Below, in pieces: positions 47,599 through 56,766 of a stretch of 64,000 nt of DNA. The translations under genes were made by a program, and so were the position numbers. The stretch is from an uncultured Planctomycetota bacterium (GTDB lineage: Bacteria > Planctomycetota > Planctomycetia > Isosphaerales > Isosphaeraceae), in assembly GCA_963737655.1 (NCBI GenBank), contig CAVTTN010000002.1:7328001-7392000 (forward strand), read 5' to 3'. The first letter of the stretch is position 1; the number at the start of each line of letters is the position of its first letter. A model generated the notes under the pieces. That model ran no database searches. It was not told where the DNA came from and saw only the letters and a list, made by a program, of their open reading frames with translations.

Positions 47599-50500
47599 TC
47601 ACGGCTCGACGGTGATCGCCGCCACGATGGGCGCCGTGTTGTCGCGACCCTTGACGAGCTCGAGCGAGTCGATCGTCTGGTCGGGCCTCTCCGGCTTGAT
47701 GGCGAGGTAACGAATCTGACGGCCCCCGAGGTTGAACGCGAGCTTCGAGCCCGGGACGTCGATCGGCCCGATGTAGTCGGCGATCTCCACGCCGTTCTTC
47801 AACGGGTGGTCCTCCGTGGTGCCGTCGGCGTAATGCAGGCGGACGATCATCGAGACGCTGCCGGTCTCTCCGCCCGGGTGGCCCCAGCCGCTGATCCCGC
47901 CCAGGACGTGGATCGCCCTGGCGGTCGAGTGACAGGGGATGGTCACGGATTTCGGCATCTTCGGCGCCTGGGTGCCGTGAGGGCCGTAGAGCATGACCAT
48001 GTTCGGCACGCGCTCGCCCTGGGGATCGACCAGGCCGAACGGGACGCCCTGGAACGTCTTGGGCGACCAGTCGGGGAAGATCAGCCGCTCGATCGGGCTC
48101 TCCGAGGCGAAGAACATGCCCCGGGTCGAGACGCTGGTGGCCACCTTGCGGAGGTCCAGCGGGAGGTATTTGCCCCGGGCGGTGAGGAAGGCCAAAACAT
48201 CGGCCACGCCCTCGGTGCCCACCTGCTTCTCGAACCCCTCGGGCATCAGCGACTTCTTCGACGCCTGGATCTGGTCGATGTCCTGCCTCAAGATCGTGTT
48301 GGACTTGCCCTCGGCGTCCAGGAGGACCACCGCGGTCTTGGTCTCGGAGGCGAGCAGGCCCGTGAGCACCCGGCCGTCGTTCACGGCGACGGTGTAGCTC
48401 ACGAAATTCCCCTCGACGCTCCGGCTCGGGTCGAGGATGTGCACGAGCAATTCCTCGCGAGGATGGGCGGCCATCCCCGTGAGGTCGGGCCCGACCTTCC
48501 CGCCCTCGCCGGAGTGCGTGTGGCACTTGGCGCATTCTTTCTTGAACAGCTCCTTGCCCTTCGTCGCGTTGCCGTTCTTGAGGACGAGCGGGGCGAGCGT
48601 CTCGATGACCTTCTGGCGGTCGGGATCGGGCAATCCTCCGCCGGAGGCCATCAGCGTCTTGGCCCTCTTGGCGATGACCTGATCGGGGTGGGCGGCGAGG
48701 CCCTGGGTCTGGTCGAGCGAGAGGTCGCTCATGCGGAGCTTGCCCGCCTCGATGCCGTCCAGGAGTGCCCGGGTCCAGTCGGCCCGGCCGATCAGGGCCC
48801 GGCTCGCCTCGGCCCGGACGCCCGGAGTCATCGCCGGGACCGCCTCGACGAGCGCCTCGCCGACCTTCGGCGATCGGCTCAGGGAGACCGCGCCGACGAA
48901 TCCCGCGGCCAGGCTCGGCGAGGTCCGGGGCGAGACCATCGCGAGCAGTTCGCCCGCGGCCTCGGCGTCCTCGTCGCGGAACTCGATCAGCCTTCGGGCC
49001 GCCTCGATCCGCTCGAGCTCGGGCTTGTTCTCGTCCTGGGCCGTGGCGAGGAAGCCCTTGGCGATCTCGGCCGTGTACTTCTCCAGCCCCTTGCTGCCCC
49101 ACTTCGAGGCGAGGGTCAGCAATTGGCCCTTGCCCTGCGAACCCAGCTTCGGCAGGAGGGTTCCGAGGGCCTTCTCTCGCTCGTCGTCCAGCTCGGCCTT
49201 CAGGTCCTTCGGCCAGCCCTTCGCGACCCCGGCCACGATCACGTCGGCGATCTTCGGGTCGGCCTTCGCCAGGGCGAGGAAGACGGCGCCGATGGTGTCG
49301 GCCGGGCCGCCTCGGGCGTAGTGCTCGGCCACGCGGAGGGTCACCGTCGTCACGGCCGGGCTCGGCGGCTTCGCGAAGGTCTCCCCGGCGATCGCGGCGA
49401 GGTAGAACCGATCGTTCGTCGCGGCGGCGGCCGAGGCGGCATCGACCAGGCCCCGGTCCCCGTCGAACGCCCCGCCGACCATCGCCTGGACCAGCGCCTT
49501 CGCGTGGGCTTCCGACGGCCTCATCTCCGAAAGGGCCAGGAGCATGGCCAGACGGACCTGGGGATCGGGGTCGGTCAGGAGCTTGTGGTGGATCAGGATT
49601 TCGCCCACGTGCTCCCGCTTCGGCAGGCTCTGGATCGCCGCCCGACGGACCCCGGCCGACGGATGGCTGAGTGCCCCGTTGATCGTCCTCCAGTGCTGGT
49701 CGTCCCTGGCCAGGGCGTCCAGGCCCGCCAGGGCGTGGAGCGCGTGGATCGCCGCCGGGTTCAGGCCGATCGCATCCACCGACCGATCCTCGACCAGCGC
49801 CAGCAGGGCCGGCACCACGTCGCCCTTGCCCCTCTCGACGATCAGCCTCTGGGCATGCAGACGCCAGAACATGTTCGGATTCTTGAGCGCCGCCACGAGG
49901 CCCGGGCCATCGTTCGGGTCGAGCTTCGGCTGAGGCGATTCCTGGCCTCCCTCGCTGACGATCCGGTAGATCCGCCCGTGGGTCTTGTCGCGGAGGTCGG
50001 TCTCGTACGCGCCCCCCTTGCCGGTCTGGAACCCCTGGGGCGTCGGGTTGTGCTGGACGATGAAGTTGTACCAGTCGATGAACCAGACGTTGCCGTCGGG
50101 GCCGACTTCCGCGAGGATCGGCGCGGTCCATTCGTCGTCGCTGGCGAGCAGGTTCCAGGCGTTGTGCGAGGTGAATTCGGTGCCGTGGGGGTGCAGGGTG
50201 AACGTCGCGATCAGGTGGCCGGTCGGCTCGCTGACGAACGCCGTCTTGTTCCAGTAGACCGGCGGATAGGTCCGGGCCGTGTACAGGGCGTGGCCCGCCC
50301 CGGCGGTGAACCCGCCGTGCCAGTCCACCTGCCGGACCTTCTCCGTCGCCGGGAAGAAGCGATTGGTGTCGGCGTTGTTCGCCAGGACCGTCGGCGACAT
50401 GCCGCGGACACTCTCGTAATAGCGGTTCGGGATCGGCATGAACACGCTCGGGCACCCGTTCGCGGTCGAACCGAACAGCAGCCCTTCCTCGCTGAACCCG

Positions 50501-51906
50501 ACGCCCCACGAGTTGTTGTTCGTGTTGCGGAGGAACTCCAGCTTCGAGCCGTCCGGCTGGAACCGGAAGAACCCCTGGCGGAAGCTGTGACGCTCTCCGC
50601 CCACCGTGCCGTTGAACCCCGAATAGCCGACGATCCCGTAAATCCAGTTATCGAACCCATAGCGGAGGTTGCTGGGACCGGCGTGGGTATCGTTGGTGCC
50701 CCAGCCGGTGAACAGCGTCTCCTTGACGTCGGCCCTGTCGTCGCCGTCGGTGTCCTTCAAGAACAGGGTATCGGGGGCTTGCGCGACGATCACCCCGCCG
50801 CGGGCGAAGCAGAGGCTGGTGGGGATGCTCAGGTTCTCGGCGAAGACCGTGGACTTGTCCGCCTGGCCGTCGCCGTCGGTGTCTTCGAGGATCGAGATCC
50901 GGTCGCGGCCCTTCCCTCGGGGCTTCAGCTCGTTGGGATAGTCGACGGTCTCGGAGACCCACAGCCGCCCGCGGTGGTCCCACGCCATCGTGATCGGCTT
51001 GCCGACCTTCGGCTCGCTCACGAACAGCTTCGGCGAGAACCCGGCGGGCAAGGCCATGTGCTCCATCGACTCGCCCGGGTCGATCGGCCTCTGCATCTGG
51101 CCGATCAGGTCGCCCTGGGCGCCCCACTTCTTCCCGGGCAGGTAGTTCGGGATCTTCTTGCCCTGGTCGTAGGCGAAATCCTTCGAATGCCCCGCGATCT
51201 TCGGCTGGGAATCGAACACCGGGCCCTTGTTCGAGGCCCAGCGGATGCCCCGCTCGATCAGGTTATGGAACCCCGGCTGGCCCCAGGTCCGTTCGTCGTG
51301 GCCATAGGCGGTGTAGAAGACGCGGCCCTTGCCCTCGGCCCGGACCCACGTCCACGGCTCCTCGCCGGCCCCTTCGGCCCGGACCTGCAAGACGGTGCGG
51401 CCCTTGGGGTTGTGCATGTTGTGCACATAAGTCTCGTCCCAGGTATGGAACGGGACGAGTCCCTTCATGATCGGATGATTCGGATCGACGACCTTCGTAT
51501 CGAACTCGCCGGTCCCGTGCCTCTGGAACCGGGCCCCGGTCAGGGCGGTCAGCTCGGGGGAATCGAGGAAGCAGAACGAGGCGCAATGGATCGGCACGTA
51601 CCCGCCGCCGTCCTCGACGTACTGCACGATGGCGTTCTCGGCCGCCTTCGGCGCCTTCTCGATGTTCGCGAACACGGCCAGGGCGTCGTACTTCCTGAGG
51701 TTCTCGGGGGTCAGGGCGCCGAGGTCTTCCGTGTACGTGAGGTCGATCCCCCGGCTGGCCAGGACCGGGGCGAGCTGCTCGAACCGATCGGCCGGGAGGT
51801 GGTGGCCCCGGTCGCCCAGGAACAGCACATTCAGCCTCGGAGTCTCGGCCGAGGCCACGACGGGGCAGGCCAGCAAGGCCAGCGCGGAGAGGAGTCGTCG
51901 CATCAT
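47599..51906 (-). CDS. PVC-type heme-binding protein (ThuA-like, dehydrogenase-like propeller, HEAT repeats, cytochrome c)
   Basis: ThuA-like GRVFYTAYGHD; MAWDHRGRLWVSETVDYPN, DTDGDGQAD, DTHAGPSNL; CAKCH with VGPDLTG. Confidence 0.9.
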   Translation of the reverse strand: MMRRLLSALALLACPVVASAETPRLNVLFLGDRGHHLPADRFEQLAPVLASRGIDLTYTEDLGALTPENLRKYDALAVFANIEKAPKAAENAIVQYVEDGGGYVPIHCASFCFLDSPELTALTGARFQRHGTGEFDTKVVDPNHPIMKGLVPFHTWDETYVHNMHNPKGRTVLQVRAEGAGEEPWTWVRAEGKGRVFYTAYGHDERTWGQPGFHNLIERGIRWASNKGPVFDSQPKIAGHSKDFAYDQGKKIPNYLPGKKWGAQGDLIGQMQRPIDPGESMEHMALPAGFSPKLFVSEPKVGKPITMAWDHRGRLWVSETVDYPNELKPRGKGRDRISILEDTDGDGQADKSTVFAENLSIPTSLCFARGGVIVAQAPDTLFLKDTDGDDRADVKETLFTGWGTNDTHAGPSNLRYGFDNWIYGIVGYSGFNGTVGGERHSFRQGFFRFQPDGSKLEFLRNTNNNSWGVGFSEEGLLFGSTANGCPSVFMPIPNRYYESVRGMSPTVLANNADTNRFFPATEKVRQVDWHGGFTAGAGHALYTARTYPPVYWNKTAFVSEPTGHLIATFTLHPHGTEFTSHNAWNLLASDDEWTAPILAEVGPDGNVWFIDWYNFIVQHNPTPQGFQTGKGGAYETDLRDKTHGRIYRIVSEGGQESPQPKLDPNDGPGLVAALKNPNMFWRLHAQRLIVERGKGDVVPALLALVEDRSVDAIGLNPAAIHALHALAGLDALARDDQHWRTINGALSHPSAGVRRAAIQSLPKREHVGEILIHHKLLTDPDPQVRLAMLLALSEMRPSEAHAKALVQAMVGGAFDGDRGLVDAASAAAATNDRFYLAAIAGETFAKPPSPAVTTVTLRVAEHYARGGPADTIGAVFLALAKADPKIADVIVAGVAKGWPKDLKAELDDEREKALGTLLPKLGSQGKGQLLTLASKWGSKGLEKYTAEIAKGFLATAQDENKPELERIEAARRLIEFRDEDAEAAGELLAMVSPRTSPSLAAGFVGAVSLSRSPKVGEALVEAVPAMTPGVRAEASRALIGRADWTRALLDGIEAGKLRMSDLSLDQTQGLAAHPDQVIAKRAKTLMASGGGLPDPDRQKVIETLAPLVLKNGNATKGKELFKKECAKCHTHSGEGGKVGPDLTGMAAHPREELLVHILDPSRSVEGNFVSYTVAVNDGRVLTGLLASETKTAVVLLDAEGKSNTILRQDIDQIQASKKSLMPEGFEKQVGTEGVADVLAFLTARGKYLPLDLRKVATSVSTRGMFFASESPIERLIFPDWSPKTFQGVPFGLVDPQGERVPNMVMLYGPHGTQAPKMPKSVTIPCHSTARAIHVLGGISGWGHPGGETGSVSMIVRLHYADGTTEDHPLKNGVEIADYIGPIDVPGSKLAFNLGGRQIRYLAIKPERPDQTIDSLELVKGRDNTAPIVAAITVEP

Positions 51907-51991
51907 GGCGCAATCTCATCGATCGTGAAGACGGGCGGGCGAGGTCCGGATTCTAACAGATCCCGGGCGCAAAGGGGAGCAACCCGGAATG

Positions 51992-52167
51992 GTCAGTGGT
52001 CGGCGTTCGGCGGTCGTAACGGATTCCAATCCCTGCGATCCAGGGACCTCGGGTGCCATGCTTACGTCCGCGAAAGCATGGCTTCGGTCCGGGCTCGAAT
52101 GGAAGACCTGCTTACGCGGACGTAAGCATGCCACCCGAGCACAGACCGCTGAAAGCTGACCACGGAC
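51992..52167. repeat. Nested repeat: 7-nt-periodic inverted arms enclosing a GCATG REPIN (52050-52137)
   Basis: gtcagtggtcggcgttcggcggtc vs reverse complement of 52144-52167 (20/24); inner catgcttacg...cgtaagcatgccacccg. Confidence 0.7.
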
Positions 52168-52276
52168 AGCCGCCCGCCGCGAAACCCCCGCCTCAGGATT
52201 GCAATCGCCCGCGATTCGCCTAGGATCGGGCCCATCTCCTCCGTTCCGAACACCCCGAGACGAGAGAGGCCCGACC

Positions 52277-53005
52277 ATGACCGCCGGCCCCGCGATCACG
52301 TTCCTCGCCGCCTTGCTGGCCGGACCGATCGACGACTCGGGATGGATCGACCTCGCCGGACCCAACGGGCTGAAGGCGTGGAAGGCCCCGACCGGCGACT
52401 GGGCCGACGTCGGGACCGTCCTGATCGACTCCAAGGACCCGAGGAAGCTCGCCTCCGAACCCGGCCAGGGCATCCTCGTCAACGGCAAGACCGGCCGCAC
52501 CACGAACCTCGTCACGAAGGAGAGCTTCGGCGACATCGAGGCCCACATCGAATTCGTCATCCCCAAGGGATCGAACGCCGGGGTCAAGTTCGAGGGCCTG
52601 TACGAGGTCCAGATCCTCGACAGCTTCGGCGTGAAGTCCCCCAAGGCCACCGACTGCGGAGGGATCTACCCGAGGGCCGAGCTCCTGCCCAAATACCACT
52701 ACCTCGACAATGGTTTCCCGCCCAAAGTGAATGCCTGCAAGGCCCCCGGCGAATGGCAGACGATGGATGTGATCTTCCGCGCACCGAGGTTCGACGCCTC
52801 CGGCAAGAAGATCGCCAACGCGAGGTTCGAAAAGGTCGTCCTGAACGGCCAGACGGTCCAGGAAGACCTGGAAGTCCCCACGCCCACCGGCCACGCCCAC
52901 ACCCGGCCCGAGATCCCCCAAGGCCCGATCCTCCTCCAGGCCGACCACGGCCCGGTGGCGTTCCGAACGGTGCGCGTGAGGCCGATCTCGACCGATGGCA
53001 AGTGA
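52277..53005 (+). CDS. DUF1080 (3-keto-disaccharide hydrolase family) protein
   Basis: FGDIEAHIEF, SNAGV, YEVQILDS, PGEWQTMD, GPILLQADHGPVAFR. Confidence 0.9.
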   Translation: MTAGPAITFLAALLAGPIDDSGWIDLAGPNGLKAWKAPTGDWADVGTVLIDSKDPRKLASEPGQGILVNGKTGRTTNLVTKESFGDIEAHIEFVIPKGSNAGVKFEGLYEVQILDSFGVKSPKATDCGGIYPRAELLPKYHYLDNGFPPKVNACKAPGEWQTMDVIFRAPRFDASGKKIANARFEKVVLNGQTVQEDLEVPTPTGHAHTRPEIPQGPILLQADHGPVAFRTVRVRPISTDGK

Positions 53006-53492
53006 CGCGACTCGACCGCCGAACGACCCTGCCGGCCGGGCACGGCACTACGCCCAGCGATGGGCGGCCCGGCTGGATCAATACTGCTCGGTCCGCATGG
53101 AGGAACTGGGCATCTCGAGCGAGCGGATCGGTTCGAGCGACCACCGCCTCGGGATCGCCCGGTGTGCCTTCCATCCCCAGGAATCCGACGCGGGCGGCCT
53201 CGCCAGCGGAGGACGCATCAACGTCGATTCCGGGGTCCTCAACCCGAGCTGGAATGCCGACGGGATCGGACCCGAGGCGTCCTCGATCTGGGCTCGGGCC
53301 CCTTTGAAGGAACGGATTGGCGCCGCGATCGCCCACGAGGACACCGGATGGCGCCTCGGCTCCCACGAGGCCGCCGTCGAGCACGCGCCCGAGAGCGAGC
53401 TGCCGATCCTTCCGGGCGCCGGGGCCCTGCTCAGGGCGATCCGTCGGGGCGAGACAGCCATTCGTGGCGGCGGTTCCAGCCGTGATACGTGA
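52995..53492 (+). CDS. Hypothetical protein, possibly degenerate
   Basis: Globular-looking ORF with RINVDSGVLNP, AIAHED, SHEAAV; start overlaps the DUF1080 stop. Confidence 0.5.
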   Translation: MASDATRPPNDPAGRARHYAQRWAARLDQYCSVRMEELGISSERIGSSDHRLGIARCAFHPQESDAGGLASGGRINVDSGVLNPSWNADGIGPEASSIWARAPLKERIGAAIAHEDTGWRLGSHEAAVEHAPESELPILPGAGALLRAIRRGETAIRGGGSSRDT

Positions 53493-53907
53493 ACCGAAAC
53501 GAGGACTCCGCACCGAGCACGAATCCCGAAAGAGGCTCCATGATCCCCGCCGCCGCAAGCTCGCGATCGGCGGGCCTCGTCGTCTCATCCACAGGCACAA
53601 ATTCGCCGGAAACCCGGCGACCGAGCAATTCTCGGGCGGCCTCGGAGAGGATCAAATCATCATCGGGCGGCGAGTATCGCTCGCTCTCGATCCGATCCTC
53701 CTCCTCCCGGAGAATCGCCTCGCGACGCGTGAGGCCCTCTTCGGTGAACCGATACTCCGTCTCCGAACCGGGCAGAGGCTCCATCAACCCGACGGCGGCC
53801 AGCTCGCGATACTCGGCCAACCGTTGCCCGGGGACCTTCGCGCGCCACCCCTTGATCTCGAAACGGAGAGTGGCGACCGCCTGCAGGGACAATCGGACCT
53901 CGATCAT
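53431..53907 (-). CDS. Hypothetical protein with two internal winged-helix-like repeats
   Basis: YRELAAVGLMEPL...YRFTEEG and DRELAAAGIMEPL...FRFTYHG. Confidence 0.65.
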   Translation of the reverse strand: MIEVRLSLQAVATLRFEIKGWRAKVPGQRLAEYRELAAVGLMEPLPGSETEYRFTEEGLTRREAILREEEDRIESERYSPPDDDLILSEAARELLGRRVSGEFVPVDETTRPADRELAAAGIMEPLSGFVLGAESSFRFTYHGWNRRHEWLSRPDGSP

Positions 53908-54087
53908 GGCTCCCTCCCAGCCCGACACCATACCGCCGGCCGACCGTCCGGGGAACCCGAGGTCCGGCCCGATCCAACCGGGACCCGCCCGCGACGGCGG
54001 GCGGTCGCGCCTTCCCTCCCCGGGCCTCGGGCCGTATCCTACGCGGATCGACCGGACCTCGAAATCCGCACCGCCCGAGACGCTTCC

Positions 54088-54633
54088 ATGAGCAGCCGCA
54101 TCGTGATGAGGACCGGCGAGGCCCTGGTCGAGGGGGATGAGGACTACCTGGCCGCCGAGCCCGAGGTCGTCATCGGCGAGCTGGACGGGCCCGTCGGCCA
54201 CGCCCTGGCGAACCTGATCGGCGGCCAGGTGAAGGGCCATACCCGCGTCTTCGCGATCCTCAACAGCGACGTCCAGGTCCGCCCGGCGACCGTCATGGTC
54301 AGCAAGGTCACGGTCAAGAGCGGCGAATACACGAATATCCTGATGGGCACCGTCCAGGCCGCCATCGCCAACGGGGTGCTCGACGCCGTCCGCGCCGGCG
54401 ACATCCCCCGCGACAAGGTGGACGACCTCGGCATCCTCTATTCCGTCTGGCTCGACCCCTCGGTCGTCGATCAGGACGTGGACCACGAGGCCCTCTTCCG
54501 CATCCATCGCGAGGCCACCGCCAAGGTCATCAGGAAGGCCATGCGCGGCGAGCCGACGATCGACTGGCTCCTCGAAAATCAGGACAAGGTCGAGCATTTC
54601 TTCCACCGCCAGGGGATCGACGGCGAACTTTGA
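54088..54633 (+). CDS. fae: Formaldehyde-activating enzyme homolog (divergent)
   Basis: GEALV, GPVGHALAN, GHTRVFAILN, RPATVMVSKVT, QAAIANGVLDAV, EPTIDWLLEN. Confidence 0.8.
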   Translation: MSSRIVMRTGEALVEGDEDYLAAEPEVVIGELDGPVGHALANLIGGQVKGHTRVFAILNSDVQVRPATVMVSKVTVKSGEYTNILMGTVQAAIANGVLDAVRAGDIPRDKVDDLGILYSVWLDPSVVDQDVDHEALFRIHREATAKVIRKAMRGEPTIDWLLENQDKVEHFFHRQGIDGEL

Positions 54634-54671
54634 TCCGATCCACGACGGGAATCCCCGACAGGACCCTCTCC

Positions 54672-56726
54672 ATGATCCTCGCGAATGTCCGTCGAGTGGC
54701 GCCGTTGGTGGCGCTCGCCCTGATCGTCCCCTCGGCGATGGCCCAGGAAACGAAGCGGTTCCGGCCGCCGGCGGTCCCTCTCGTCACCCACGACCCGTAT
54801 TTCAGCGTGTGGTCGATGGCCGATCGGCCGACCGACGACTGGTCCCGGCACTGGACGGGCGCCATCAACGCGATGGTGGGCATGGTCCGCGTCGATGGGA
54901 AGGCGTATCGCGTCCTCGGCCCCGAGCCGAAGGCGGCCGACGCGATGGAGATGAAGAACCTGGAGGTCTGGCCCCTCCGCACGGTCTACACCTTCGAGGG
55001 CGCCGGCGTCCGCGTGAAGTTGACGTTCAACTCGCCGCTCCTGCCGAAGGACATGGACATCCTGGCCCGTCCGGCCACCTACTTGACCTGGGATTTCAAG
55101 GCGATCGACGGCAACGAGCACGAAGTTCAGCTCTACTTCGACGCCACCGCCGAATGGGCCGTCGATAAGCCGGAACAGAAGGTGACGTGGTCGGAAACCG
55201 TCGATGACGGCCTCGCGATCCTCCGCGTGGGCACGGTCGATCAAAACATTTTGTCGCGATCGGGCGACGATCTGAGGATCGACTGGGGCCACTTCCTGAT
55301 CGCGGCGCCGACGACCGAGGGCCAGACCACCGCGATCGCCGCCGACAAGGTCGCGAGGAACGGGTTCGCCTCCTCGGGCAAGCTCCCTGAAGCGAAGGAC
55401 GACAAGAAACCCCGGGCCGTGAACGAGCAATGGCCGGTCCTGGCATTCGCTTATGATGCGGAGAAGGTGGACGACGAATCGCGATCGTGGCACCTCATCC
55501 TCGCGTATGACGAGGTCTATAGCCTGCAATATCTGAAGAAAGACTTGCGCCCCTACTGGAGGAAGGGCGGCACGTCCCCGGAAGCCATGCTCCACGCCGC
55601 CGAAAAGGACTATGCGGAGGTCTCGCGAAAGGCCCGCGCCTTCGACGAACGGCTCATGGGCGACCTGGAAAAGGCGGGCGGCAAGGATTACGCCCAGATC
55701 GCCGCCCTGAGCTACCGCCAGGCGTTCGCCGCCCACACCATCGCCGAAGGGCCCGACGGCAAGCCCGTGATGATGTCCAAGGAGAACTTCTCGAACGGAT
55801 GCATCGACACGGTGGACGTGGTCTATCCCGCCGCGCCGATCTTCCTCCTCCTCAATCCCGAATTGCTGAAGGCCCAGACCACCCCGTTGCTCGACTACGC
55901 CGCCAGCGACCGCTGGAAATTCCCGTTCGCCCCCCACGACCTCGGCCAGTATCCGCTCGCGAACGGCCAGGTTTACGGAGGGGGCGAGAAGACCGAGACC
56001 GACCAGATGCCGGTCGAGGAATGCGGCAACATGCTGATCCTGATGGCCGCGATCGCGAAGGCCGAGGGCAACGCCGACTACGCGAAAGCCTACTGGCCCA
56101 CGCTCACCCAATGGGCCAATTACCTGAAGACCAAGGGCCTCGACCCCGAGAACCAACTCTGCACCGACGACTTCGCCGGCCACCTCGCCCACAACACGAA
56201 CCTCTCGCTCAAGGCGATCGTCGCCCTCGGCGGCTACGCCCAGATGTGCGACAAGCTGGGCAGGACCGACGAGGCCAAGGAGCATCGGAAGCTGGCCGAG
56301 GACATGGCCGGCCGATGGGTCGAGATGGCCAGGGACGGCGACCACTACAAGCTCGCCTTCGACAAGCCCGGCACCTGGAGCCAGAAGTACAACCTCGTGT
56401 GGGACAAGCTCCTCGGCCTCAACCTGTTCCCGAAGGACGTCGCGGAGACGGAGATCGCCTTCTACCTCAAGCACCAGAACAAGTACGGCCTCCCTCTCGA
56501 CAACCGGAGCGCCTACACCAAGCTCGACTGGATCGTCTGGACCGCCACGATGGCCGAATCGCGAGGCGACTTCGAGGCGCTGGTCCGGCCCGTGTACAAA
56601 TTCGCCGACGAGACGCCGACCCGCGTCCCCCTGACCGACTGGTACTGGACCGACAGCGGAAAGCAGCGAGGCTTCCAGGCGCGTTCGGTCGTCGGGGGCG
56701 TGTATATCAAGATGCTCTCGAAATGA
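54672..56726 (+). CDS. GtaA-like DUF5127/DUF4965/DUF1793 protein (secreted)
   Basis: RPPAVPLVTHDPYFSVWS, SKENFSNGCIDTVDV, APHDLGQYP, MPVEECGNM, QLCTDDFAG, WSQKYNLVWD, FQARSVVGG. Confidence 0.88.
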   Translation: MILANVRRVAPLVALALIVPSAMAQETKRFRPPAVPLVTHDPYFSVWSMADRPTDDWSRHWTGAINAMVGMVRVDGKAYRVLGPEPKAADAMEMKNLEVWPLRTVYTFEGAGVRVKLTFNSPLLPKDMDILARPATYLTWDFKAIDGNEHEVQLYFDATAEWAVDKPEQKVTWSETVDDGLAILRVGTVDQNILSRSGDDLRIDWGHFLIAAPTTEGQTTAIAADKVARNGFASSGKLPEAKDDKKPRAVNEQWPVLAFAYDAEKVDDESRSWHLILAYDEVYSLQYLKKDLRPYWRKGGTSPEAMLHAAEKDYAEVSRKARAFDERLMGDLEKAGGKDYAQIAALSYRQAFAAHTIAEGPDGKPVMMSKENFSNGCIDTVDVVYPAAPIFLLLNPELLKAQTTPLLDYAASDRWKFPFAPHDLGQYPLANGQVYGGGEKTETDQMPVEECGNMLILMAAIAKAEGNADYAKAYWPTLTQWANYLKTKGLDPENQLCTDDFAGHLAHNTNLSLKAIVALGGYAQMCDKLGRTDEAKEHRKLAEDMAGRWVEMARDGDHYKLAFDKPGTWSQKYNLVWDKLLGLNLFPKDVAETEIAFYLKHQNKYGLPLDNRSAYTKLDWIVWTATMAESRGDFEALVRPVYKFADETPTRVPLTDWYWTDSGKQRGFQARSVVGGVYIKMLSK

Positions 56727-56766
56727 ACCCCGGTCGGCCCCTCCCTCCTCGATCCCGGGACGAACC

